Assembly (NCBI GenBank): GCA_022572825.1
Contig: JACZVE010000001.1
Span: 1 to 28,089 of the forward strand
Direction of reading: 5' to 3'
DNA length: 28,089 bases
Source of the DNA: SAR324 cluster bacterium
GTDB lineage: Bacteria; SAR324; JACQKK01
A model generated the notes under the pieces. It worked only from the letters and a program-made list of their open reading frames with translations. It was not told the DNA's origin and made no database searches. A program made the position numbers and the translations under genes. Shown piece after piece: positions 27,694 to 28,089 of the stretch. Position 1 is the first letter of the stretch; each line of letters opens with the position of its first letter.

Positions 27694-28089
27694 ATGCCCA
27701 GCTTGTTCGCCGTGGACACGATGGCGGTCCTGTACCGCTCGCACTTCGCCATGATCCGCAATCCGCTGATCAACTCCAAGGGCATCAACGTCAGCGGCCT
27801 GCACGGGCTGGTGTATGCGCTGCTGGGCATACTGGAGCGCGAGAAGCCCGACTTCCTGGCCGTGGTATCGGACAGCCCGGAGCCGACCTTCCGTCATAAG
27901 CGCTACCCCGATTACAAGGCCACGCGGGAAAAGATGCCCGACGAGCTCGTCACCCAGCTACCCTACATACCGCGCCTGGTGGAGGCGCTGGAGCTGCCCT
28001 ATCTGGTCATGCCCGGTTTCGAGGCGGACGACATCATCGGCACCCTGGTCTCGCAGGCTGGTCGAGCGGGTCTGGACAGCTACATGGTG
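27694..28089 (+). CDS. polA: DNA polymerase I, 5'-3' exonuclease domain (partial, runs off window)
   Basis: Manual translation from ATG 27694: MPSLFAVDTMAVLYRSHFAMIRNPLINSKG...TFRHKRYPDYKATREKMPDEL...PGFEADDIIGTL. Absent from the ORF track because there is no stop in the window. Confidence 0.95.
   Translation, partial: MPSLFAVDTMAVLYRSHFAMIRNPLINSKGINVSGLHGLVYALLGILEREKPDFLAVVSDSPEPTFRHKRYPDYKATREKMPDELVTQLPYIPRLVEALELPYLVMPGFEADDIIGTLVSQAGRAGLDSYMV

Overview
GC-rich bacterial chromosomal segment made almost entirely of housekeeping and envelope genes. In order: a 5'-truncated cpoB/ybgF-like TPR gene, DUF3179, an MA-family peptidase, stand-alone trpB2, a PflX radical SAM enzyme, a HEAT/TPR protein, a 644-aa helical orphan, a class A PBP, a PilZ protein, a reduced pyrG-lptA-lptB-rpoN-ptsN-EIIA(Man)-pspA cluster, a CPBP protease, rsmD, several hypotheticals and the 5' end of polA. 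A deltaproteobacterial or SAR324-like origin is my impression only. I see no rRNA, tRNA, CRISPR array, transposase, integrase, phage or defence gene, and I cannot support a new multi-gene system. The best leads are smaller: (1) an out-of-frame junction near 391-405 joining a CSLREA-protein N-terminus to the middle of cpoB; (2) a two-faced sigma54 -24/-12 box abutting the probable sigma70 promoter of rpoN; (3) a double-jellyroll LptA with an extra C-terminal helical domain and no adjacent lptC; (4) tandem DnaA-box matches inside an inverted repeat upstream of polA; (5) three families of REP-like intergenic repeats, including one nested copy. All assignments come from reading motifs by eye; no searches were run.
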